Source: a virus
Strand: one strand, 5' to 3'
Virus record (IMG/VR): IMGVR_UViG_3300019850_000208
Coordinates: 32,001 to 96,000 of that record
DNA: 64,000 nt
This document shows, piece after piece, positions 19,178 through 28,498 of the stretch. The notes beneath the pieces were generated by a model that did not search any database, was not told the DNA's origin, and was given only the letters and a program-made list of their open reading frames with translations. Positions within the stretch are counted from its first letter, which is position 1. The number at the start of each line of letters is the position of its first letter. The position numbers were made by a program, and so were the translations under genes.

Positions 19178-20260
19178 TTATAATTCTGCATCAAACGCTA
19201 TATAAGATGTAATATTATTGTCAGAAGTTAGTTGATAAAGTTGACCTGCAGTCAACGATGAAGAAGCTGTCACACTAAGATCAATACAATGAGAACTACT
19301 TTGATCAACTGACATATTAGTAACTGATGTATTAGCTGTTCCATCGAAAACTATTAAATTACCTGAATAACTAAGAGACGGAGCTGTACGCATTATCACA
19401 GGAAACTGTACATAAATATAAGCACCTCCATTACCATTCCCAACTCCTTGTCCATACCTTATATAAGCTGATTCAGCATTTTTTCTATGATAATATCTCA
19501 TACTCCTTACTAACTCACTTTCATAATCATTAGGTATAAATGGAGTAGCGATTTTTCCAAGTTCAAATTTAACTCCAGCTAGGAAAATATTATTATCTGT
19601 ACTATCACATGCATTGACTTGATTAAAAGTCGCTATATAATTTCCTGTTTGCCATGCATCAGGAGTAGTTTGATACGTTGAACCACTTGCAAATGTCCAG
19701 TTTATATATAAACCAGCTCCATTAGCATAGTCCCATGTACCATCTGAATAATCAAATGGAATTACTATAATTTTATATTCCCAAGTATCAGTAACATTAA
19801 CAGTATATTCAGCAACATAGCTTCTATCAGAAATAGAATTTCGAAAACCAACACAATAAGTTCCTATTTTAGTTGCTTTAACCCAAAAAGATAGAACGCC
19901 ATAATTTCCTACATACTTCTTAAAATTATAACCTTCTATTGCTTGGTATAATTGACAATAATTACCTGCATCAATATCTGAATCAGCAGTAGTACAATCT
20001 ATTTTAAGAGAATAACTAATATCACTATTTGGTATATCTGTGTCACGAGTAATGTCATGAACCATAGTACCATTTTTAGTATAGCGAAACCTATCAGCAT
20101 TATATGTAGCATGAGGTATTGAAGCAAAACTAGTTCCTCTTTGCCAAAATCTTAGACCCCCATTAATAATATCATTGTGACCTACTAAGTTTTTACTACG
20201 TAAATAATCTTTCACATAAAGTGAATGGTCAAATATTTTAATTCCTTTAAATAATTTCAT
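19178..20260 (-). CDS. Carbohydrate-binding (jelly-roll) tail fibre protein
   Basis: IINGGLRFWQRGTSF...LSFWVK...GVKFELGKIATPF...ELVRSMRYY...FPVIMRTAP. Confidence 0.75.
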   Translation of the reverse strand: MKLFKGIKIFDHSLYVKDYLRSKNLVGHNDIINGGLRFWQRGTSFASIPHATYNADRFRYTKNGTMVHDITRDTDIPNSDISYSLKIDCTTADSDIDAGNYCQLYQAIEGYNFKKYVGNYGVLSFWVKATKIGTYCVGFRNSISDRSYVAEYTVNVTDTWEYKIIVIPFDYSDGTWDYANGAGLYINWTFASGSTYQTTPDAWQTGNYIATFNQVNACDSTDNNIFLAGVKFELGKIATPFIPNDYESELVRSMRYYHRKNAESAYIRYGQGVGNGNGGAYIYVQFPVIMRTAPSLSYSGNLIVFDGTANTSVTNMSVDQSSSHCIDLSVTASSSLTAGQLYQLTSDNNITSYIAFDAEL

Positions 20261-20279
20261 TTAATTTTCAATCCTTAAT

Positions 20280-20537
20280 TTATGTTATATTACCAGTTTT
20301 GAAATTAATGTTATGCGGTTGTACATAATCAAAATTGTATTTCTTTCCCATTTTCTCCCACCATATTTCGCTCAATCTGTTCATCTTTACATATTTATTT
20401 AATATTTCATATAGCAATTCTTTATTCTTAATTGGTACTGTTTTCATGAGCAATTTATCAAGTAACTCCTCAATTCCCATCTTTTTATCAATGATATTTT
20501 GAATTGTTTTTCTTTCTCTCTCGGTAACTGTTATCAT
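20280..20537 (-). CDS. Small hypothetical protein
   Basis: AGGAG RBS, directly follows the tip gene. Confidence 0.6.
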   Translation of the reverse strand: MITVTERERKTIQNIIDKKMGIEELLDKLLMKTVPIKNKELLYEILNKYVKMNRLSEIWWEKMGKKYNFDYVQPHNINFKTGNIT

Positions 20538-20547
20538 TTTAGACTCC

Positions 20548-21126
20548 TTAACTCATTTTTATTATCGGTATTAAACTATAAAATGCTGGTTTATTCGCTC
20601 CTGTTCCTGAACTTCCAGCATTATCTATTGTTACTGTGTGATTATGAGCTTGATTATTATTTCCTACCCTACTATTTATTGCTTCACATGTAGCTGCAGA
20701 TGCAGCAGCATAACCAAGTAATGAACCGTTGCCAGTCTCAAGGTTAACATTATGGTCATGATTTGCACTTTGATTTCCAACAGAATTTGTGTGAGTATGG
20801 CTTACCACTATTGCATCATCACTGCCACCAGTATTACCAGAGGCAGATTCCATCCTTAGAAATCTATTAAGCATATTTGGTGTACCTGCGTTGCCATTGC
20901 AAGCCTTCCAGCCCGGCAAAGATATCGTATCTCCGGTCCTGTCTCCAATGTCTTCAGTTCTTGAGGCGGCATCTGCAATGCCAGAGCCATTATACATTAG
21001 AATTACACCCACCGGCAAAGCGGGTTGTACATCATTCGCTGCAGCGCCAGATGTTACGGCAGTATCCACTTTAGTTTCAAAACTGCTTGTCTCTATATCG
21101 TGGCCTTTGACTTGTGTTGCTGACAT
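20548..21126 (-). CDS. Short tail-fibre tip protein, paralogue of 16716..17246 with a different distal tip
   Basis: Very similar first ~95 aa; SHTH/NHDH/AHNH motifs. Confidence 0.8.
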   Translation of the reverse strand: MSATQVKGHDIETSSFETKVDTAVTSGAAANDVQPALPVGVILMYNGSGIADAASRTEDIGDRTGDTISLPGWKACNGNAGTPNMLNRFLRMESASGNTGGSDDAIVVSHTHTNSVGNQSANHDHNVNLETGNGSLLGYAAASAATCEAINSRVGNNNQAHNHTVTIDNAGSSGTGANKPAFYSLIPIIKMS

Positions 21127-21244
21127 ATAATAATCACCCCTTGTTTAAAAACATCTTTGAATATTGTCATCTTTCTTCTGCTGTTTTATATCCCCTTTTA
21201 TTTCAGCATTCATTATAGCTTCTATAAGTTCTATTATTTTATTC

Positions 21245-22942
21245 TTAATACTTTATAATAAAATTAACCCCTACATTATTAGGCCTTGTTTCATTTGACG
21301 TTCTCGGAGTTCCATTTGCTCCGTCGGTTATAATGTTCCTTGCTTCTATATGCTCAAATGTACCCGAAACCTCAGTATAACTATATGCATCTCCGTCCGT
21401 TGTACCAGGATCACCTATTATAAAGGTAGCTCTATCGCTTTTCAATTCATGCCAATGCCCCTGAAAACTATCATCTTCTGCGGTTCCTAATACTGTTGTA
21501 TGATTTTGTGTAAATTTCGTAGAAGTTCCAACGCCTCTTGGGAATGCCCCTCTCATATCGGGTACATTAAAAGTTGTTGAGCCGTCTCCTGTCCCATAAG
21601 TTGTTCCTATGACAGCAAACAAAGCAGCATAAGTTGTCCTGCTAACTGCTGCACCATTACAAAGAAGCCATCCTGTTGGAGCTGTTGCTGCCCCATACAT
21701 TGTGATTGCACCTATTATAATAAGGTCATATACAGCATCTGCACTGGGAGCATGAGTAGTATCACCATCAGTTATATTCTGTGTAATAAAACTACTATAA
21801 TCATTTTTAGTAGCTTCGCCAACATTGATATCAATTTCGGTGGTGGATTTGGCTACCCCAAGCCATACTCTATATTCATCAGAGGATATTAAATCCGTAT
21901 CCTGAATTATAGCTCCACTGTCGCCAAGAAATACTGGATCTCCAGCCGTCAATCCAGTAAAGCCATCCAAAAGGCCAGATCCCTGAACCGTAACATTATG
22001 TGATGAACTCGCCGCGGCAGTTGAAATTCCTATAACTTCTATTTTAGAACTATAGCGCTTATCGGCGGCTACAGCCTGATCTATGGTGCTGTTTTTGGCG
22101 CAAACTTTATAGGCGCCGATGCTTTCTCCAGCGGTATATGTTTTACTAGAAGTTCCTGATGAACCAGATGCTGTATAATCCCTGGCTTTGCGTATAACTA
22201 CAATGTCACCATTGACCAGGCCATTATTAAAAGCTATTTGGCCATCTGCAGTTTCCTGATAGTCATTACCTGATCCTTCCAGCATCAAAAGACCATTTTT
22301 GAATACATCCACTTCTTGATTGCCATGAGTAAATGAAAATGTAGTGTTGAACACAGTTTGACTGGCTGTTGCCGTAAAACTCTCTACCTCACCATAAAAA
22401 TTATTATTTGGATTGCCTATTATGAATGATACATCATCGCCTGCGACGACTGTGTATTCGAATGTTACTGTGTGCTCATCAGTTTCAGTATAATCATAGC
22501 CTGCGCCATTTTTCATCAAAAGACCATTTTTATACACGCGTAGGTTATCCGTGCCGGGCACATAATCATGACTCAAAGTAAAGGTGGTTTGTCCAGGTCC
22601 TGAGGAAACAACATAATCTTCGCGAATTGTGTTTACAACATTTCCAGAAAATGATACAGCATTCCATTCAGATGCTGAAGAATCCCACTGGTAAAACTCT
22701 TCTCGATTATTGACAAATCTTATATCATTATCAGAATTCCCGGTTGCAGGCAAATCACTATAAGCATCAACACTGCCCTTAAGACTGCCCAATGAATCGC
22801 TAATCCAACCGGTAACGCTATTGATTTTAGATTGAGCTATATCTGCGCCGGAATTTACATCAGCATTCTTTATAGTTCCGTCTTTTATGTCTACAGATTC
22901 AACTGAATCATCTCTAATTTGAGAACCTTTGATTCCAGGCAT
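21245..22942 (-). CDS. Modular tail fibre: N-terminal peptide, W-PV repeat, two VxKNG domains, cement-like domain, tail-collar domain (PF07484)
   Basis: GAITMYGAATAPTGWLLCNGAAVSRTTYAALFAVIGTTYG.GDGSTTFNVPDMRG; ETRPNNVGVNFIIKY. Confidence 0.85.
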   Translation of the reverse strand: MPGIKGSQIRDDSVESVDIKDGTIKNADVNSGADIAQSKINSVTGWISDSLGSLKGSVDAYSDLPATGNSDNDIRFVNNREEFYQWDSSASEWNAVSFSGNVVNTIREDYVVSSGPGQTTFTLSHDYVPGTDNLRVYKNGLLMKNGAGYDYTETDEHTVTFEYTVVAGDDVSFIIGNPNNNFYGEVESFTATASQTVFNTTFSFTHGNQEVDVFKNGLLMLEGSGNDYQETADGQIAFNNGLVNGDIVVIRKARDYTASGSSGTSSKTYTAGESIGAYKVCAKNSTIDQAVAADKRYSSKIEVIGISTAAASSSHNVTVQGSGLLDGFTGLTAGDPVFLGDSGAIIQDTDLISSDEYRVWLGVAKSTTEIDINVGEATKNDYSSFITQNITDGDTTHAPSADAVYDLIIIGAITMYGAATAPTGWLLCNGAAVSRTTYAALFAVIGTTYGTGDGSTTFNVPDMRGAFPRGVGTSTKFTQNHTTVLGTAEDDSFQGHWHELKSDRATFIIGDPGTTDGDAYSYTEVSGTFEHIEARNIITDGANGTPRTSNETRPNNVGVNFIIKY

Positions 22943-22943
22943 A

Positions 22944-23210
22944 TTATTTTCCTATTATTGCTTTAATAACTGGTTCAAGATGCATTTCATATTCAAAACA
23001 CAGCTTTACGAAAAGCCGTCTGTTTTTATCTGGTGTATGCAATATCTTAAAAGACCTCAGGTTTCTTGTGATTGGGTTATCTGTTTTGATTATACCAGAT
23101 ACCATAGCTAGGTCATTTTTAAAAAATACATAACCTATAATATTTACCACATCATTAGAGTGTAACTTTTGCAAATGTTCTACTTTCATTTCAATGTTTT
23201 TAGTATTCAC
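22944..23210 (-). CDS. Small hypothetical protein
   Basis: Fills the gap between structural genes; GAGG RBS, GTG start. Confidence 0.6.
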   Translation of the reverse strand: MNTKNIEMKVEHLQKLHSNDVVNIIGYVFFKNDLAMVSGIIKTDNPITRNLRSFKILHTPDKNRRLFVKLCFEYEMHLEPVIKAIIGK

Positions 23211-23220
23211 TCTTTGTTCC

Positions 23221-24255
23221 TCAGTATTGATGTCTAACTTCTATATTGGGATTGTCACCAGGTACAATCCAGCCACTATTAAACACTATATGAAATGTAC
23301 CATATTGATTGAATGGCACATTATTATACATGCCTATAAATGTGGCTATTATATATCCATTACCACTGGTCCATGGAACGCCAGACTGATTCCCGGCTCT
23401 TTCGCCTTCATTAAAATTGCTAATAAGATCCAAAGTATCTATTAAAATATTATTCTTATATAAGTATAATGCCCCTTTATCTGCTGGCCCAAAATCTATA
23501 TTCCCAGAATTGACTGGTAATGAGTTTATAATGCCATTATGAGCGTCTCCTGGACTATAATCTACGAAATATGTTCCAGAACCACTATAGTCGGACAAGA
23601 ATCCGTTATAGACAGGCGATATTGGAATATCTCCAGATAGTGGATCATGTCCTGGTGGCAGCAATTTAGCGGCTAAGCTGGCGTGTATATCAATCCAGTC
23701 ACTTTGACTTTGATCCCATCTAAAGACGTCATTTGTATCTTTTGTCAGTCTAACGTGTCCATCTATATTGCCAGTTAATGGCAAATCTCCTTCAGAGCTT
23801 ACAGGCGCCAACCACCATGAACCACCGCCCCCGCCGCCAGATATTGTTTGCCATACCGAATATTCACCATTCCAACGGTATATGGTATTAAGTTCTAATA
23901 CAAGTCTTGCTTCTCCATTCAGATTGCCAGTTAATGGCAGATCGCCATATGCCTCTACCGGCTCCCCCCAGTAATTTCCTATAACTGGAAGCCAATCGCC
24001 AATAAATACTGGGTTGCCAAATTGATCGAATCCAGCTTCCTCAACCCAAATCCATACTTTTTTATTGTCTAATGTCAGTCGTGCATCGCCATGCTTATTT
24101 CCTGATAAAGGCAGCTCGTCAAATGCGGATACTGGTTGTAGCCAATATGTTTGATCTTTGCGGTAGTAGCGATCATCGTGCACTTTCGGCGGATGAACAT
24201 TGCTAACGGCTGTAAATCGTCCATATTCGTCGACTATTACATAACGTACTGACAT
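23221..24255 (-). CDS. Structural protein with three W-x-x-PV..LP..GN..G repeats
   Basis: Repeats homologous to those in 13334..15208; HDDRYY motif. Confidence 0.75.
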   Translation of the reverse strand: MSVRYVIVDEYGRFTAVSNVHPPKVHDDRYYRKDQTYWLQPVSAFDELPLSGNKHGDARLTLDNKKVWIWVEEAGFDQFGNPVFIGDWLPVIGNYWGEPVEAYGDLPLTGNLNGEARLVLELNTIYRWNGEYSVWQTISGGGGGGSWWLAPVSSEGDLPLTGNIDGHVRLTKDTNDVFRWDQSQSDWIDIHASLAAKLLPPGHDPLSGDIPISPVYNGFLSDYSGSGTYFVDYSPGDAHNGIINSLPVNSGNIDFGPADKGALYLYKNNILIDTLDLISNFNEGERAGNQSGVPWTSGNGYIIATFIGMYNNVPFNQYGTFHIVFNSGWIVPGDNPNIEVRHQY

Positions 24256-24265
24256 TTATTCCTTC

Positions 24266-24541
24266 TTAATGTATTATATCAAAAGCATGTTTAATAACAA
24301 ATTTTTTGTTTTTACCAGTTTTGAGATGGTTTGCGTGAATCTCAAACTCCTGATCCTGGCCTGCGACAGTCGGGCGGTTAATGTCGCTAATTGTTTTAAC
24401 AATCCATGAATTCCACCATTTATTGGCGGAAGATGATGACAATAGCTTTAGTAGTTTAACAACAGAAATATTATACCTATCATAGCCCCACTGAACAGCA
24501 GCTACTCTCACATCACCTACTCGTGGTTTGTTAAGTTTCAT
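24266..24541 (-). CDS. Small hypothetical protein (KOW/SH3-like start RVGD; C-terminal KKFVIKHAF)
   Basis: GGAG RBS, ATGA overlap. Confidence 0.65.
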   Translation of the reverse strand: MKLNKPRVGDVRVAAVQWGYDRYNISVVKLLKLLSSSSANKWWNSWIVKTISDINRPTVAGQDQEFEIHANHLKTGKNKKFVIKHAFDIIH

Positions 24542-24888
24542 AGCTGCATATCTCCGAATAATTTCATTATAAATTGCTGCTTCTTTATAAGTTCAAGTGC
24601 CAATTCTACCCATAAGCCTGCCAACTTGCTGCTGCCGCCTATATGCCAATCTCTTATGTTCTCTGTTTCCAAACCCTCATCTCCAAGGTAGTTTTTGCCG
24701 GTTTTATAATTATAGATAGTGGCCACCATATCGCCGGGAAATTTTAGATCCCATTCGGCATCTGTCTTAAAACCGTCGCTGAAGTGTGGCTCTCCAAATG
24801 TGCCTACCAGCTTTTTATAACTTATGTCTATTTCATCTTTAAGACCTGTCCTAGCAATATTAGTAGTTTTGCCCCAAAATTTTTTCAT
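24538..24888 (-). CDS. Conserved phage hypothetical protein (SY..LV..FGEP..EW..ATIY..WHIGG type)
   Basis: Recognisable motif set; ATGA overlaps on both sides. Confidence 0.7.
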   Translation of the reverse strand: MKKFWGKTTNIARTGLKDEIDISYKKLVGTFGEPHFSDGFKTDAEWDLKFPGDMVATIYNYKTGKNYLGDEGLETENIRDWHIGGSSKLAGLWVELALELIKKQQFIMKLFGDMQL

Positions 24889-25451
24889 TCTGGATGTCTT
24901 CCTCTTTTTAGTTTCGTGCGCCGCATGCCAAGATATGCGCCAATAAATCTTAATACTTTTGATCTTCCAATATCGGCCGGACTCTCTTGGCCTTCAGTTT
25001 TATTTGGTATTAAATCGATTCCAACCTTTTTATATGCTCTACTCACTAGCTCACTGCAGATTTTAGCCTCTTTTTCAACAAAAGGATTTCTCCATTTATC
25101 CGGCAATAACGCCATAAGTGGAAACAAAAATAACATTATATAATTATAAGATTCTCCTACATGATTCATAACTTCCGAGCATATTTTTTCGGCCTTATCA
25201 TCGGATAAATTTGGATATCTAAGAATATCAATTCTATAAAACCTTTGAGCTGTTTGTTTTAATGTTCTCACTCTAACACCCTTGCCGAATTTATTAGTAG
25301 CATCCACAATGCCTCCGCCGCCGATATAGACTGCGGCATGAGAATAAATGCTTTTTGTGAATTTTTCAATCAGTTTTCCCAAAATCGTATTATTGCACGT
25401 GACTAAGATATCCGCGCGTTTAAGATCTCTAACTAAATCGTATCTGTTCAT
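24885..25451 (-). CDS. Permuted papain-like amidase, YaeF/YiiX peptidase C92 family (PF05708-like)
   Basis: DIL...YSHAAVYIG...ICSELVSRAY...SPADI (His before Cys). Confidence 0.85.
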   Translation of the reverse strand: MNRYDLVRDLKRADILVTCNNTILGKLIEKFTKSIYSHAAVYIGGGGIVDATNKFGKGVRVRTLKQTAQRFYRIDILRYPNLSDDKAEKICSEVMNHVGESYNYIMLFLFPLMALLPDKWRNPFVEKEAKICSELVSRAYKKVGIDLIPNKTEGQESPADIGRSKVLRFIGAYLGMRRTKLKRGRHPE

Positions 25452-25485
25452 GATTTTGTTCTCCCCCTTTATTGATACTATTACA

Positions 25486-27816
25486 TCAGTCTGTAGAGTG
25501 TCCTCCTTCGCACCATCTCGTATAGTAAGGAGTTAAATTGATTACTGAGATGTTGCCTCCATTTGAGTCCAGAGAGCCATCTCTTTCAATTCCTATCCAA
25601 AGCATGTCGCCAGTGCCGCCACTTCTTCTGGAAATCATGTCGCGTATATTAATTTGGATATTTACTGTAACTTGGGTCTCTGATAATGGGACATCGACTA
25701 TTTTTGTGATAGAAACTTCTGATGGAGCCGTTGCCGGGGCGGCAGAAGTGCTAGTATACACACCATCTCCGTCAGCTGTTTTTGCTATCTTGGCCACCCA
25801 TCTTACAGTTCCGCCCGCAGACGATGATATAAATCGTAAGCTTAAATTAATAGGACAGCTTGTATCTAAATCAAATGGCAGATTGGTTACAAATCCGACT
25901 TTGTCTAGTGCACCTTTAGAGAATGAATTTTCAATTCGTCCTACGCTCAAGTCATCAGACACATAAAGTTCTTGATTATCTGGACTGTTTTGACCAGCCG
26001 CCTCTGTGAGACCCCAATCCCAGGCTAATCTACCTACAGGCCTGGCATTTCCAAAATACTCTATCCAACCATCCCCATTTACTTTTGCTCTATTTGTATG
26101 TATTTTAATATATTGAATTGTGGCGCCGGTAGTAATAGCAGATACAACTCTGAATCTTAACCAGTATGTGCTGTTTCCAGTGCCAAGAGGGTTGTTTTTT
26201 TGCCAATTGTGATTTGATTCATAATTACTGAATCTTATATTCGATAGACCAGTAGTTTCAAAACTATGACCATCGGAAGGAAAATATGCCGGCTCTGCCT
26301 GAGTGACCATTTCATTGATGTTTGCCCAACTGCTTCCATTCCAGTATTCCCATATAGCGTATCCACCTCCATTGACTAAAGCGCTGGACACATCAGTATA
26401 AATTCCAAAAAATTTGGAGTAATCGGATGTTGTTGAATTGATTAAATCCCATGTAATATAGATTGCGTCATCAACATCGGTTCCCATTGTAAATGTTGAA
26501 CCGCTCGGGCTGGCAGCTATAATAGTCATATCAGTGAATGCGGCATTGTCGTAATTATATATCCTCATGCCTCTGACTGTCGGGAATCCTTCCCCTAGAC
26601 ATGTATCATATCCCTTTTCAGCTATCCCTACATTTAATGTCTTCGCAAAGTGATGTCCTGGATTGTCCTCTTGAAGACTAACAAAATCGACAGTTATGTT
26701 GCTCCAGTCGACTACACTAATTTTTCTCACATCAAGAGTGCTGCTTGTTAATGCGACAATTCCAGTACTGTCTTCTTGAAAGATATCATAAGTTGAAATA
26801 TTACCAGAAAATACATTGTCACCTTTAATTTCTCCATTTGTTCTCGCTCTAATTGTGTAAGTGGCAGTTTTCACACCAATATCGGCGCATGAAATGCTAC
26901 CTCCATTTTCAGCAAATAATCCGTTAGTTGTATTACTCATTATAATGGATTGACCAGATTGAATTACCACATTGGCTCCATCTGCGTGAAAAACAGATGT
27001 AATATTAGAAGTCATTGATGCTACAACATGCACAGTGGCCATAGCACCAGCTGTAACATATACCAAATTGGAAATTACATTTGCACCGGTGGTTGAACCC
27101 TCCAGTTCTGAACAGTTTACAGCCGCATATGCGTTGCTGACTATTATACCATTCTGGCAATTCTTAATTTTAATATCAACTATGTTAGCATATCCAGGAG
27201 TATTCATCAGAAACCCGGCCGCACCTGTTGCTCCTTCTAATGTAAAGTATCTCAAAGAAGAAGCATTAATTCCATTAATAAGATCTTGATTCGTATTAAG
27301 AGCTTTTATTGTATTGGCTATTGTTCCTCCAGAGCCTCTTAAACTAACATATGATTTTAAATTTACAGGATTGTCCTCTGTATATATTCCAGGGGATACT
27401 ATGATAGTATATGGATTTATAGAACTCGCATCGGTAATGGTTGATAAAGCATGTTTAATTGTGGCGTAAGGCCTGCTTACTGTGCCATTGCCGGTAATAT
27501 CGCTGCCCTCTATGGTAACATATACTATTTTTGGGAGGCTCGCTGCTAATGTTATATTGACCCATGTGGCGCCATCCCACACATACATATTACTCTCATT
27601 AGTATTCCAAAATATTTGGCCTTCTTGTGGCCCGGTTGGAGGCAATAAGTCTTTGGGCAGAATTATTTGACTGTTTGAGAAATCCATAGTGCCTGAAAAA
27701 TCAAATTCTGCATTTTCTAAATATTCAAGGGATATACCGTCGGTAGGATTTTCTGGTGGGGGCATATTGATGATACGACTTGCCCCCTGCAAATCTATAT
27801 TTCCTCGCCATTTCAT
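25486..27816 (-). CDS. Tailspike-like protein with a beta-helix (pectate-lyase-like) domain
   Basis: RIINMPPP.NPTD anchor; EGQIFWNT..MYVWDG..W; YV..GSD..GNGT...PYATIKHAL. Confidence 0.75.
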   Translation of the reverse strand: MKWRGNIDLQGASRIINMPPPENPTDGISLEYLENAEFDFSGTMDFSNSQIILPKDLLPPTGPQEGQIFWNTNESNMYVWDGATWVNITLAASLPKIVYVTIEGSDITGNGTVSRPYATIKHALSTITDASSINPYTIIVSPGIYTEDNPVNLKSYVSLRGSGGTIANTIKALNTNQDLINGINASSLRYFTLEGATGAAGFLMNTPGYANIVDIKIKNCQNGIIVSNAYAAVNCSELEGSTTGANVISNLVYVTAGAMATVHVVASMTSNITSVFHADGANVVIQSGQSIIMSNTTNGLFAENGGSISCADIGVKTATYTIRARTNGEIKGDNVFSGNISTYDIFQEDSTGIVALTSSTLDVRKISVVDWSNITVDFVSLQEDNPGHHFAKTLNVGIAEKGYDTCLGEGFPTVRGMRIYNYDNAAFTDMTIIAASPSGSTFTMGTDVDDAIYITWDLINSTTSDYSKFFGIYTDVSSALVNGGGYAIWEYWNGSSWANINEMVTQAEPAYFPSDGHSFETTGLSNIRFSNYESNHNWQKNNPLGTGNSTYWLRFRVVSAITTGATIQYIKIHTNRAKVNGDGWIEYFGNARPVGRLAWDWGLTEAAGQNSPDNQELYVSDDLSVGRIENSFSKGALDKVGFVTNLPFDLDTSCPINLSLRFISSSAGGTVRWVAKIAKTADGDGVYTSTSAAPATAPSEVSITKIVDVPLSETQVTVNIQINIRDMISRRSGGTGDMLWIGIERDGSLDSNGGNISVINLTPYYTRWCEGGHSTD

Positions 27817-27828
27817 AGGGCTTTCTCC

Positions 27829-27888
27829 TGATCGTTAGTAGGAAGGCATTATTCGATCATATATTACGGCCGAAAGCCGCATTGCCTT
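27829..27888 (-). promoter_or_regulatory. Candidate structured 5' leader (H-type pseudoknot next to the SD) of the tailspike gene
   Basis: AAGGCA/UGCCUU stem, internal UGCGGC-UUUCG-GCCGUA hairpin, UGAUCG/CGAUCA pairing ending at GGAG. Confidence 0.4.
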
Positions 27889-27934
27889 GAAAATATCTTG
27901 TCGTTAAATATTAAAAAGATATTGTTTTTTGCCA

Positions 27935-27956
27935 AGATAAAGTTAGTATATAGAAG
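27935..27956 (+). promoter_or_regulatory. Candidate phage promoter AGATA-N7-TATATAGAAG
   Basis: Identical motif and spacing to 2492-2513. Confidence 0.5.
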
Positions 27957-27966
27957 GAGCGAATGA

Positions 27967-28470
27967 GTGTCGACTTCAGGAGCTTTTGGATTTCGAGAGA
28001 ATGGAAAAGAATATTTCAACTATGTGAATTTTGATGCTAATCCAGGCGCATTCATTCCAAACATTAAGTTTTTGGTTTATGCTTTTGGATGGCCAAAGTT
28101 CAAACAAGAGATGCAAAAGGTTAAGTGCTATAGGTCGATTTGTTTTGTCGGTGCCATTATTGACTATATAGGTCAAGGTTCCGATCGAAAATTAAAACTG
28201 CATCTGCCTGAATTTTGGCGTCAATTAAGGCTTATAAAGCAGCGCAAACTCGGAGAATATTCGCCGCAATCAGACTATTGTAAATCATTGCCTGGGTCCT
28301 TGAAGAAAATGAAGCGTGAAATGGATTTGCAATATATCTATGCAATAAACAAGAATTCAATACGTTATAATGACGTTGTTTATGCTAGACAGGACAAGAC
28401 AGTCCCACTTGCTCCCGATGAAGAAATGAAAAAAACATGGATATTGGGAAGATTACTGGAGTTGGGTTAA
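27967..28470 (+). CDS. Hypothetical phage protein (MxT..GF...YNH.DSYP-like family, divergent)
   Basis: GGAG RBS, GTG start; MSTSGAFGF..YFNYVNFDANP, YIYAIN. Confidence 0.65.
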   Translation: MSTSGAFGFRENGKEYFNYVNFDANPGAFIPNIKFLVYAFGWPKFKQEMQKVKCYRSICFVGAIIDYIGQGSDRKLKLHLPEFWRQLRLIKQRKLGEYSPQSDYCKSLPGSLKKMKREMDLQYIYAINKNSIRYNDVVYARQDKTVPLAPDEEMKKTWILGRLLELG

Positions 28471-28498
28471 ATATCCGGCCAGCATTTGGTTACGAAAG

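Larger units (their letters stand above)
17128..21099. repeat. 92-bp direct repeat (17128-17219 and 21008-21099, 4 mismatches) within a ~210-bp homology, 3880 bp apart
   Basis: Direct alignment. Confidence 0.95.

Noticed and set aside
16716-21126. Diversity-generating retroelement TR/VR pair
   Set aside because: Both copies are 5' coding parts, mismatches are not adenine-specific, and no reverse transcriptase is in the window.
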